A stretch of 62,881 nt of DNA from a bacterium (GTDB lineage: Bacteria; Patescibacteriota; Patescibacteriia; Magasanikbacterales; GWA2-37-8): contig JBDRCM010000012.1 of the NCBI GenBank assembly GCA_043821725.1, forward strand, positions 1 through 62,881, written 5' to 3'. The position numbers and the translations under genes were made by a program. The notes beneath the pieces were generated by a model. The model made no database searches. It saw only the letters and a program-made list of their open reading frames with translations, and was not told the origin of the DNA. Shown here piece by piece: positions 45,734 through 54,509 of this stretch. Position 1 is the first letter of the stretch. The number at the start of each line of letters is the position of its first letter.

Positions 45734-45855
45734 GCATTATAATGGCTAAAGGGTATCGTATATGTCGTTGGTAAGTTTTGTTAATGCAGGCACAGAAATG
45801 GATTAATTTAATAAAAAAATAATCAACAAAAAATTTAATTAATTAACTCAAAGGT

Positions 45856-46143
45856 ATGAACATAAAACCATTGGGAGATCGCGTGCTTGTAAAGCCGCAG
45901 GAAGAAGAATTTACTACAGCGTCAGGCATAGTATTGCCGGACACAATGGATAAGGAGAAAAAAGCCCAGGGAGAAATTATTGCTTTGGGAGCTGGTGAAA
46001 AATTGGCAAAGTTTAATTTAAAGGTCGGTGATATTGTTATCTATGAAAAATGGGGAGGAGAAGAAGTAAAAATTGGAAGAGGCGTTGATGAAGTTGAATA
46101 CAAAATTCTTCCGCATGATAAAATTTTAGCTCTTGTTGAATAA
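45856..46143 (+). CDS. groES: co-chaperonin GroES
   Basis: 95 aa. MNIKPLGDRVLVK... Confidence 0.95.
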   Translation: MNIKPLGDRVLVKPQEEEFTTASGIVLPDTMDKEKKAQGEIIALGAGEKLAKFNLKVGDIVIYEKWGGEEVKIGRGVDEVEYKILPHDKILALVE

Positions 46144-46194
46144 TTATTGCAGTTTTTTGCAAAGCAAATTATTAAGTACAACAATAATTCATAA

Positions 46195-47835
<1,641 letters not shown>

Positions 47836-47854
47836 AGGCCTGAAAAAAATTTTT

Positions 47855-47890
47855 AAAAAACGCCGGTCTGTAGAAAGAATCGGCGTTTTT
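47855..47890 (+). terminator. groEL terminator
   Basis: AACGCCG...CGGCGTT stem followed by TTTTT. A second CGCCG segment downstream allows an alternative hairpin. Confidence 0.6.
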
Positions 47891-47945
47891 AATTTACGCC
47901 GGTTAATAAAATTTTTTTGCAAAATGGCATTTGGCCATAGATTAT

Positions 47946-47978
47946 AAAAAAAGCAAGACGGGCGCTGGATAGCCCGTC
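47946..47978 (-). terminator. rho-independent terminator of the micro-ORF operon
   Basis: Minus strand: GACGGGC-8 nt-GCCCGTC followed by TTGCTTTTTTT. The stem overlaps the stop codon of the last micro-ORF. Confidence 0.7.
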
Positions 47979-48063
47979 ATTTTTCAGGTGAGAGAATTGA
48001 GTGGATTATTGACGCCAAAATGAGTATGGCGACCACCCCCATGAGTGCGATGAACGCTTTCAT
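47977..48063 (-). CDS. 28-aa single-TM peptide (MKAFIALMGVVAILILASIIHSILSPEK)
   Basis: Hand translation. Its ATG overlaps the upstream stop as ATGA, and a terminator follows. It is too short to appear on its own in the ORF track. Confidence 0.5.
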   Translation of the reverse strand: MKAFIALMGVVAILILASIIHSILSPEK

Positions 48064-48176
48064 CGTATTTTGTCTGCGAAGTGCAAAAACGCGTAGTAGA
48101 TGGCCCAAGCCACTCCACCTGCGATCACCCCGGACATGAAGTTCGGGCGTCCAAAAATTCGTTTTATCCTGTTCAT
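48060..48176 (-). CDS. 38-aa membrane peptide (MNRIKRIFGRPNFMSGVIAGGVAWAIYYAFLHFADKIR)
   Basis: Hand translation. AAGGAG lies 8 nt upstream of the ATG, and there are ATGA overlaps at both ends. Confidence 0.55.
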   Translation of the reverse strand: MNRIKRIFGRPNFMSGVIAGGVAWAIYYAFLHFADKIR

Positions 48177-48394
48177 TTGTTCTGCTCCTTGTGGCTTTTC
48201 CTTGCGGTTTTGCCACACAGATTGTTTTTTGCGACGCCATATTTTTTTGGCGCAGTCAGCAATGCAAGAACGCTTTTGCCATCTGGTTTTACTTGACCCA
48301 ACCCATCCTTAATACTAAGTGGCAAAAGCCCTGTAACAGGCACGTCAACAGCAAGGCCAGGGAAATCATGCAAGCTATTGGGTACCTTTTCCAT
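48173..48394 (-). CDS. 73-aa hypothetical soluble protein
   Basis: ORF-track entry. Its stop overlaps the next ATG (ATGA). No obvious SD. Confidence 0.4.
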   Translation of the reverse strand: MEKVPNSLHDFPGLAVDVPVTGLLPLSIKDGLGQVKPDGKSVLALLTAPKKYGVAKNNLCGKTARKSHKEQNK

Positions 48395-48419
48395 AATCTT
48401 GAGAAAAATCCGGGTTCGC

Positions 48420-48542
48420 TCACCACTTCTTCCTTTTTTTATTTACGGACAGCATTGCAAATCCGTAAATTGAAATTGCAATCAAAAAACACACAAGACC
48501 CACTGCAACTCCAGCCGGATCTGATATCAGATTTGATAGCAT
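48420..48542 (-). CDS. 40-aa single-TM peptide with a basic C-terminus (MLSNLISDPAGVAVGLVCFLIAISIYGFAMLSVNKKRKKW)
   Basis: Hand translation. AGGAGAG SD lies 5 nt upstream of the ATG, with its own promoter upstream. The longer ORF-track entry 48420-48698 runs through that promoter. Confidence 0.6.
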   Translation of the reverse strand: MLSNLISDPAGVAVGLVCFLIAISIYGFAMLSVNKKRKKW

Positions 48543-48564
48543 GTTTACTCTCCTATTTGCAGTT

Positions 48565-48593
48565 ATTAAAGCGCTAAATGATTGTTTTGTCAA
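48565..48593 (-). promoter_or_regulatory. sigma70 promoter for the micro-ORF operon
   Basis: Minus strand: TTGACA, 17 nt, TTTAAT, then about 20 nt to the SD and ATG. Confidence 0.6.
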
Positions 48594-48714
48594 GCGGGCG
48601 TTTTGCATACAAATGTTTGTAGCTTCATTTTTTTTCAATAATTTTTTTTGGTCATAGTTCAGCATAAGTCCTGCTGGTTGCAAATTAAAGCAAAGCATAG
48701 TAAAATTATGTCAT

Positions 48715-49209
48715 ATGATGCAGTCATTTATGCAATTTTTTTCTAATTTCAGTCCTGAAGTTGCCACTTTTTTAATGGCAATGACTCCTTTTGGTGAACT
48801 TCGTTTGGCATTGCCTGTTGCTTTGCTTGCATATAAGCTTCCTTTGGCAGATGCTTTTTACATTGCAGTGCTTGGCAATATGATTCCTCCAACAATAATA
48901 CTTTTATTGGCTGCAAAATTTCACAAATGGCTGGAAAAAAAGAAAGGTTTTTTTGCAAAGCAATGGATAAAATATTTAGCCGACGTGCAGGAAAAATTTC
49001 AGGGAAAATACGGCAAATACGGACTTTTTGCTTTAGTTATTTTTGTTGGTATCCCTTTGCCAATGACAGGAGCATGGAGCGGAGCAATCGCGGCTTTCAT
49101 ATTTGGCTTGCCTGCAAAAAAAGCTTGGCCCTACATTGGCGTTGGGGTAATCATTTCAGGAGTTATCACGTCTATCATAGCTTTAGGATTGGGTAATTTG
49201 TTTTTTTAA
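48715..49209 (+). CDS. small polytopic membrane protein, 'putative small multidrug export' (COG2426-like) family
   Basis: 164 aa. The GELRLALPVA and GIPLPMTGAWSGA motifs are recalled from that family. Confidence 0.5.
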   Translation: MMQSFMQFFSNFSPEVATFLMAMTPFGELRLALPVALLAYKLPLADAFYIAVLGNMIPPTIILLLAAKFHKWLEKKKGFFAKQWIKYLADVQEKFQGKYGKYGLFALVIFVGIPLPMTGAWSGAIAAFIFGLPAKKAWPYIGVGVIISGVITSIIALGLGNLFF

Positions 49210-49210
49210 T

Positions 49211-49270
49211 GGATCTGTCGCCAAATATCATTTCTGCTACAATTGCGAAAGCGCATTTAACGACAGACCT
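49211..49270. repeat. 60-nt copy of the MITE-like palindromic element
   Basis: GGATCTGTCGCCAAAT...ATTTAACGACAGACCT. It is flanked by TTAAT on both sides (49206-49210 and 49271-49275) and starts 2 nt after the upstream stop codon. Confidence 0.8.
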
Positions 49271-49302
49271 TTAATAGGAAAATATATAAACAGCCAGAGA
49301 GC

Positions 49303-49330
49303 TTGACATTTTGGCTGTTTTTTGTATGAT
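49303..49330 (+). promoter_or_regulatory. sigma70 promoter for the 49395 gene
   Basis: TTGACA, 16 nt, TATGAT. Confidence 0.55.
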
Positions 49331-49339
49331 AGATGCAGT

Positions 49340-49362
49340 GGGTCTGTTTATACCACAGACCT
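49340..49362. repeat. minimal hairpin made of the MITE termini only
   Basis: GGGTCTGT-TTATACC-ACAGACCT. Lies in the predicted 5' UTR of the 49395 gene. Confidence 0.5.
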
Positions 49363-49394
49363 TTAACAACCAATCCGAACAAAGGGGACTGAAA

Positions 49395-49703
49395 ATGGAT
49401 TACAGGAGATTGAGATTTACATGGCTGTTGACTGCTATTTCATCCATAGGAAAGGGACTACTCCATCCTGTGGAATTTGTGGAAACCTTTGAACTTGATG
49501 AAACATCCATAAAAGCTGTCTGTAGCGCAATGAGTGATCTGTATAAGGTTGAAGTGCCTGTTGAGAAAGCTCCGCAACAGCTTGGGTTGTTGCTTGAATA
49601 TTTGCTAAAGTGTGTGGAGTCATCTGATGAGCGCCACATAGGAGCAAAGATCACGCTCAGATTTGCTCATTTCTACAAAATTCTGTTAGGCATGAAACAA
49701 TGA
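49395..49703 (+). CDS. hypothetical protein (orphan, 102 aa)
   Basis: ATG preceded by AGGGGA. The ORF-track version begins at an upstream TTG. No motif recognised. Confidence 0.5.
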   Translation: MDYRRLRFTWLLTAISSIGKGLLHPVEFVETFELDETSIKAVCSAMSDLYKVEVPVEKAPQQLGLLLEYLLKCVESSDERHIGAKITLRFAHFYKILLGMKQ

Positions 49704-49905
49704 TCATTTCCCTGCCTGCTCCTTCCAATCAAATACCCTTCTATTTCCGCTTTCTCTCTTTGTGTGCATATCTTGCGTACAAGGAAAGGGTTTAATTGGC
49801 TGTATGCCTGTTTTGCGGAAATATGTATTTTTAAATACTCTGTCGTAAGCAACAGGGTATTTGCGGGCTTCTAATAAAAAAATCGATATTAAATCGATTT
49901 TTTTA

Positions 49906-49934
49906 TTGCATTTTTAGCTAAGATGCGATAGAAT
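49906..49934 (+). promoter_or_regulatory. sigma70 promoter giving a leader of roughly 190 nt for prfB
   Basis: TTGCAT, 17 nt, TAGAAT. Confidence 0.55.
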
Positions 49935-49970
49935 AGAACAATAAAGGAATTCATACAGAGTTTCACCATC

Positions 49971-50101
49971 GTGTCATCCTGAGCGTGTCACCTGTCATCC
50001 TGAGTCCCGACTTAGTCGGGATTAAGAATGACAAACATTTTTAACATTTGTCATTTCGTTAGTAATAGCGCATTATGTTGGATAACTCTACATGAGTTCA
50101 A
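49971..50101 (+). promoter_or_regulatory. structured prfB leader: GTCATCCTGAG direct repeats, two overlapping hairpins and a 44-nt motif shared with positions 196-239
   Basis: GTGTCATCCTGAGCG (49971-49985) and CTGTCATCCTGAGTC (49992-50006). Hairpin 49994-50032 (core TCCCGAC-TTA-GTCGGGA). Hairpin 50027-50055 (AATGACAAA / TTTGTCATT). The two hairpins share GAATGAC. Confidence 0.6.
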
Positions 50102-50131
50102 GTATGTCCATGGGTTTATAGAATCGCCAAT

Positions 50132-51205
50132 ATGAGTGAAAATTTGGAAAATTTAAAGGAAAAAATATTAAGCACAATGAAATTGCTTAAAATTGAGGAC
50201 CTTAAAAAAAAAGCAAAGCAATTGTCAGAGCAGATGAATGCAAGAAATTTTTGGGATAATCAGCAATTAGCTACCGCTATTTCACAAGATTATCAAGACA
50301 TAATAACTGAAGTTAATAAATGGGAAGATTTATTGCAAAAAACCAATGATTTGCTTGAGCTTTCGCAAACGCAGGATCAATCAATTGCCGATGAAATTGA
50401 ATTCCAATCATTGGATTTAAAAAAGCAATTTGAAGATTATGAATTTTTTCTGCTTTTAAACGGGCCTTATGACAAAAACAATGCCATTATTGCCATACAT
50501 GCCGGTTCAGGAGGAACTGAAGCCCAGGATTGGGCGGAAATGCTTTTGCGCATGGTATTAAGATTTTCAGAAAAGCAGGGCTGGAAAGCAGTAATAGTTG
50601 ATGAGTCGCGCGGAAGTGAAGCCGGATATAAGTCAGTTATGTTAAGAATTGCAGGGCGTTATGCATACGGATATTTGAAATCAGAGAATGGGGTTCATCG
50701 TCTTGTGCGCATTTCTCCGTTTGATGCTGAAAAAATGAGGCACACGTCATTCGCTCTTATAGAAGTGTTGCCTGAGCTTGAAGAAAGCGCTGAAATTGAA
50801 ATTGAACCAAAGGATTTGAGAATTGATACTTTTAATGCGTCAGGCGCCGGCGGGCAGAGCGTAAATACAGCATACTCTGCTGTGCGCATTGTTCACATTC
50901 CAACTAAAATAACCGTAAGTTGCCAAAACGAAAGATCGCAAAAACAAAACAAAGAAACCGCAATGAAAATTTTGATTTCCAAACTTCATCAGCTTGAATT
51001 GGAAAAGAAAGCGCAGGAAAGGCAGGATTTGCGCGGAGAATTTAAAAGCGCTGAATGGGGAAACCAGATCAGATCATACGTACTTCATCCTTATCATATG
51101 GTTAAGGATCATAGAACAGATTATGAATCAGCAGATCCTGAATCAGTTCTTGAAGGAGACCTGCTAAAGCTTAGCGAAGCGTATTTAAGATGGAAGAAGG
51201 AATAA
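50132..51205 (+). CDS. prfB: peptide chain release factor 2, encoded in a single frame
   Basis: 357 aa with SPF (RISPFDA) and GGQ motifs. The N-terminus is contiguous, so no +1 frameshift site is present. Confidence 0.93.
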   Translation: MSENLENLKEKILSTMKLLKIEDLKKKAKQLSEQMNARNFWDNQQLATAISQDYQDIITEVNKWEDLLQKTNDLLELSQTQDQSIADEIEFQSLDLKKQFEDYEFFLLLNGPYDKNNAIIAIHAGSGGTEAQDWAEMLLRMVLRFSEKQGWKAVIVDESRGSEAGYKSVMLRIAGRYAYGYLKSENGVHRLVRISPFDAEKMRHTSFALIEVLPELEESAEIEIEPKDLRIDTFNASGAGGQSVNTAYSAVRIVHIPTKITVSCQNERSQKQNKETAMKILISKLHQLELEKKAQERQDLRGEFKSAEWGNQIRSYVLHPYHMVKDHRTDYESADPESVLEGDLLKLSEAYLRWKKE

Positions 51206-51210
51206 CAACC

Positions 51211-51828
51211 ATGATTGAATATTTAACGCAAAAGCAAATTGATTTGGCTGTTGAAAAAATCCAAAACGGCAAAATTTTGATTTTTCCAACTGAAACATCA
51301 TACGGCATTGGGTGCGACGCAACCAATCAATCGGCAGTCAATAAAATTTTTAAAATTAAAAAACGCGATATTGGTAAGCCGTTTCCAATAATAGTTAACA
51401 GCATTGCCAAAGCGCGCGAATATTTGCAGTGGAGCGACTTGCTTGATAAAATTGCAAAAAAATATTGGCCTGGAGCCCTTACTATTGTGGCGCAATGCCG
51501 TTCTGCAAAGCCGAAACTGGCAAAAGGAGTTGTTTCAGAGCAGGGGACGGTTGCCATTCGCGTCACAAGCGGTAAATTCGCAAGTCAATTATGTAAAATG
51601 ACCAATGTGCCCATAGTTGCCACTTCAGCGAATATCAGCGGACGCAATGAAATATATTCCATACAACAAATAAAAAAAGTTTTTTCAGATTTGGATTTTT
51701 TGCCTGATGCTATTTTTGATGCTGGTGATTTGCCTGCAAATTTGCCAAGCACCATAATTGCCGTTGCAAACAACAAGGTTGAATTATTAAGGCAGGGGGA
51801 TGTTATTATCCAAACAAAGAGGAAATGA
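51211..51828 (+). CDS. tsaC: L-threonylcarbamoyladenylate synthase (Sua5/YrdC/TsaC)
   Basis: About 205 aa from ATG 51211. FPTETSYGIGCDA, KKRDIGKPFPII, WPGALTIV and SANISG motifs. Confidence 0.88.
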   Translation: MIEYLTQKQIDLAVEKIQNGKILIFPTETSYGIGCDATNQSAVNKIFKIKKRDIGKPFPIIVNSIAKAREYLQWSDLLDKIAKKYWPGALTIVAQCRSAKPKLAKGVVSEQGTVAIRVTSGKFASQLCKMTNVPIVATSANISGRNEIYSIQQIKKVFSDLDFLPDAIFDAGDLPANLPSTIIAVANNKVELLRQGDVIIQTKRK

Positions 51829-52979
51829 AAAAACATAATATCAATCCGTATTTATCAATATTAATTGTTGCGTTCGCAGCTTGTTTTTGCGCTGTCATTA
51901 TTTATTCCCAGGTAATATCATCATCAGCGGATTTTGAATGGCTTGGATCTGAAAGTCAAATTGTTTCGCTTGCTTTGAACAAAAAAATTATTCAATCTAG
52001 AAAGCCGGATCCGATTAAAGTCAAAGGTTTGTATTTGACCGCCTATTCAGCCGGGAACAACGCGAAAATGAATGAAATAATATCTTTAATACAAGCCACA
52101 GAGCTTAACAGCGTTGTTATTGACATTAAGGATTACAGCGGATATGTGCTGTATGATTCGTCTTTGGCTTTAGTAAGCGAGCTTGGCTTAAAATCCCAAA
52201 GGATAAGCGATCTGCCATTGCTCTTGAAGACATTAAAGAAAAATAATATATATACTATTGCGCGGGTGAGTGTTTTTCAAGATCCTCTTCTTGCTTCAAA
52301 AAAACCAGAGTGGGCCATTAAATCAAAGCGCGGTGGATTATGGCGCGACCGCAAAGGACTGGCTTGGGTTGATCCGAGCTCTAAAGATGTTTGGGACTAT
52401 AATATAAGCATTGCAATTGAGGCCTCGTCAGCCGGATTTGATGAAATAAATTTTGACTACATAAGGTTTCCAACCGACGGACCTTTGGCTGATATAATTT
52501 ATTCAAATGACAACAAGAAAAAAAGATATGAAGTTATTGAGGATTTTTTTAAATATCTGTCAGTAAGGATGGCCGGACAGCGCGCATATATTTCAGCGGA
52601 TTTATTCGGACTTACAACAGAGCGTGGAGGGGAGGACGACATGATGATCGGCCAGCGGCTTGAAGACGCAGTCAAGTATTTTGATTATGTTTGTCCAATG
52701 GTATATCCGTCGCATTACCCGCCCGGCTATATGAATTTTAATAATCCCGCAGATCATCCTTATGAAGTGGTTTATCGCGCTATGAGTTCAGGTCAAAAAA
52801 AAGCTGATGGCAAGCGGGCTCAATTGCGAGCATGGATTCAGTCATTTGATTTGGGCGCTGTTTATGACGGCCAGAAAATTAAGGCGCAAATTGATGCGTC
52901 TGATGATGCTGGCGCAAACGGGTGGATATTGTGGAACGCGCGCAACTATTACAACAATCGCGGGTTGGCTGATGCTTAA
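51825..52979 (+). CDS. DUF4015-like putative glycoside hydrolase (TIM-barrel), N-terminally anchored
   Basis: 384 aa. N-terminal TM helix. VKGLYLTAYSAG...VVIDIKDYSG...DEINFDYIRFP pattern recalled from that family. Confidence 0.55.
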   Translation: MKKHNINPYLSILIVAFAACFCAVIIYSQVISSSADFEWLGSESQIVSLALNKKIIQSRKPDPIKVKGLYLTAYSAGNNAKMNEIISLIQATELNSVVIDIKDYSGYVLYDSSLALVSELGLKSQRISDLPLLLKTLKKNNIYTIARVSVFQDPLLASKKPEWAIKSKRGGLWRDRKGLAWVDPSSKDVWDYNISIAIEASSAGFDEINFDYIRFPTDGPLADIIYSNDNKKKRYEVIEDFFKYLSVRMAGQRAYISADLFGLTTERGGEDDMMIGQRLEDAVKYFDYVCPMVYPSHYPPGYMNFNNPADHPYEVVYRAMSSGQKKADGKRAQLRAWIQSFDLGAVYDGQKIKAQIDASDDAGANGWILWNARNYYNNRGLADA

Positions 52980-53829
52980 ACATTTTTTTATGCTTACAAT
53001 TCCTGAAGTAAAACAACTTTGCGCTCAATACAAGTTAAAGCCGTCAAAAAACCGAGGACAGAATTTTTTAATAAATGAAATGCCTATTGAAAAAATGATA
53101 AGCGCCTGTGAAATTACAAAATCCGATACAGTTGTTGAAATAGGGCCGGGCTTTGGGGCGTTGACTCTTGCGCTGGCAAAAAAAGCAAAAAAGGTTATTG
53201 CATTTGAAGTTGAAAAAAAATTGCAAAATTACTGGGACGAATTGTTGTTTGAAAAATCGTCTTCAAATAATATTGAAATAATCTGGCAAGACGCGCTGGC
53301 TGTACTTGCAAAAAATAACAATATAAATTTGCCTTCCAGCTACAAGGTAGTTGCCAACCTTCCTTACCAAATTACTTCACCAATAATCCGCACTTTTTTG
53401 GAATCAGGCAAAAAACCAAAATCAATGACCATTATGGTGCAAAAAGAAGTGGCTGAAAGAATATGCGCCAGTCCGCCAAATATGTCTTTGCTGTCAGTGG
53501 CTGTCCAATTTTATTCCAATGCCAAAATAGTGGTTAATGCGCCGAAAACATTTTTTTGGCCTCAGCCCAAAGTTGATTCTGCTGTAATCAAATTGGATAA
53601 TATTCAAAAAAAGCATAATATTGATGAAAAAAAGTTTTTCAAAGTGGTTAGGGCCGGGTTTGCCAACAAGCGAAAAAAATTATCAAGCAACTTATCCGGC
53701 TTGTTAAATATTTACGATAAATCAATTGTTTCAAGCGCTTTTGAAAAAGCCAAGCTCAACGCTAATGTTCGCGCTCAAGAATTATCTGTGGAACAATGGA
53801 TTGAACTTGTTATCCACAGTGGCGTTTAA
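52972..53829 (+). CDS. rsmA: 16S rRNA (adenine1518/1519-N6)-dimethyltransferase
   Basis: GQNFL, EIGPGFGALT SAM motif and VANLPYQITS. Start at ATG 52972 or 52990. The upstream part of ORF 52807-53829 overlaps the preceding gene and is discounted. Confidence 0.9.
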   Translation: MLKHFFMLTIPEVKQLCAQYKLKPSKNRGQNFLINEMPIEKMISACEITKSDTVVEIGPGFGALTLALAKKAKKVIAFEVEKKLQNYWDELLFEKSSSNNIEIIWQDALAVLAKNNNINLPSSYKVVANLPYQITSPIIRTFLESGKKPKSMTIMVQKEVAERICASPPNMSLLSVAVQFYSNAKIVVNAPKTFFWPQPKVDSAVIKLDNIQKKHNIDEKKFFKVVRAGFANKRKKLSSNLSGLLNIYDKSIVSSAFEKAKLNANVRAQELSVEQWIELVIHSGV

Positions 53830-53868
53830 AGGTTTTTTGTGATAAAATTAAGTTAAATAATACACAAC

Positions 53869-54507
53869 ATGGAGCAACAAGAACATCTAAAGCTGAAGCC
53901 CGAGCAAAAGATAGGATTTTTTTTATTGCTTGTTTTTGGCACTCTTTCCCTTGGGCTCGGCGTTCTGCATATCCGCAACACAATGTACAGGCCATTTGCT
54001 CTTAACAATTCTGTACCGCCTTTGTCAACAACAATCACGCAGGACCAATCGCATTTACGATTTCGCGATACTGACAATGACGCTGTAAATGATTTTGATG
54101 AACTGTATGTATATAAGACATCGCCATACCTTGCCGATACTGACTCAGACGGCATAACCGACGGCCAAGAAATAAATAACAATTCAGACCCTCTTTGTCC
54201 GCAAGGCCAGAGTTGCTCTAATTTTAACGCCAATGTTTCAATAGCGCCAACAAGTTCGTCTTACGCGATTTCCGCTTTGGGTGAGCCTCCAACAACCACT
54301 CTGCCTTTAGATCTTAACTCTGCATTAAGCGATCCGCAACAAGTAAGACAGCTTTTGCTTTCAGCCGGAATGGATCCATCTGCTTTAAGTGCGATTTCAG
54401 ATGTTGACCTTATGGCTTCAGTGAGCTCAATAATGCAGAGCAACAGCTTGAACTCAATGATTAACGCGAATAATGCGACTAATACTCATACTACAAGCAC
54501 TTCATAA
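53869..54507 (+). CDS. membrane-anchored protein with thrombospondin type-3-like Ca-binding repeats
   Basis: 212 aa. TM helix IGFFLLLVFGTLSLGLGVL, then DTDNDAVNDFDE and DTDSDGITDGQE (DxDxDGxxDxxE-type), then an S/T/N-rich tail. Confidence 0.7.
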   Translation: MEQQEHLKLKPEQKIGFFLLLVFGTLSLGLGVLHIRNTMYRPFALNNSVPPLSTTITQDQSHLRFRDTDNDAVNDFDELYVYKTSPYLADTDSDGITDGQEINNNSDPLCPQGQSCSNFNANVSIAPTSSSYAISALGEPPTTTLPLDLNSALSDPQQVRQLLLSAGMDPSALSAISDVDLMASVSSIMQSNSLNSMINANNATNTHTTSTS

Positions 54508-54509
54508 AT

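Noticed and set aside
50132-51205. Programmed +1 frameshift site in prfB
   Set aside because: The full RF2 N-terminus is contiguous with the rest in one frame, and there is no early in-frame UGA preceded by an SD-like element.
52807-52971. 165-nt N-terminal extension of the rsmA ORF
   Set aside because: It overlaps the 3' end of the preceding glycoside-hydrolase-like gene in another frame. The conserved RsmA N-terminus begins at the ATG at 52972 or 52990.
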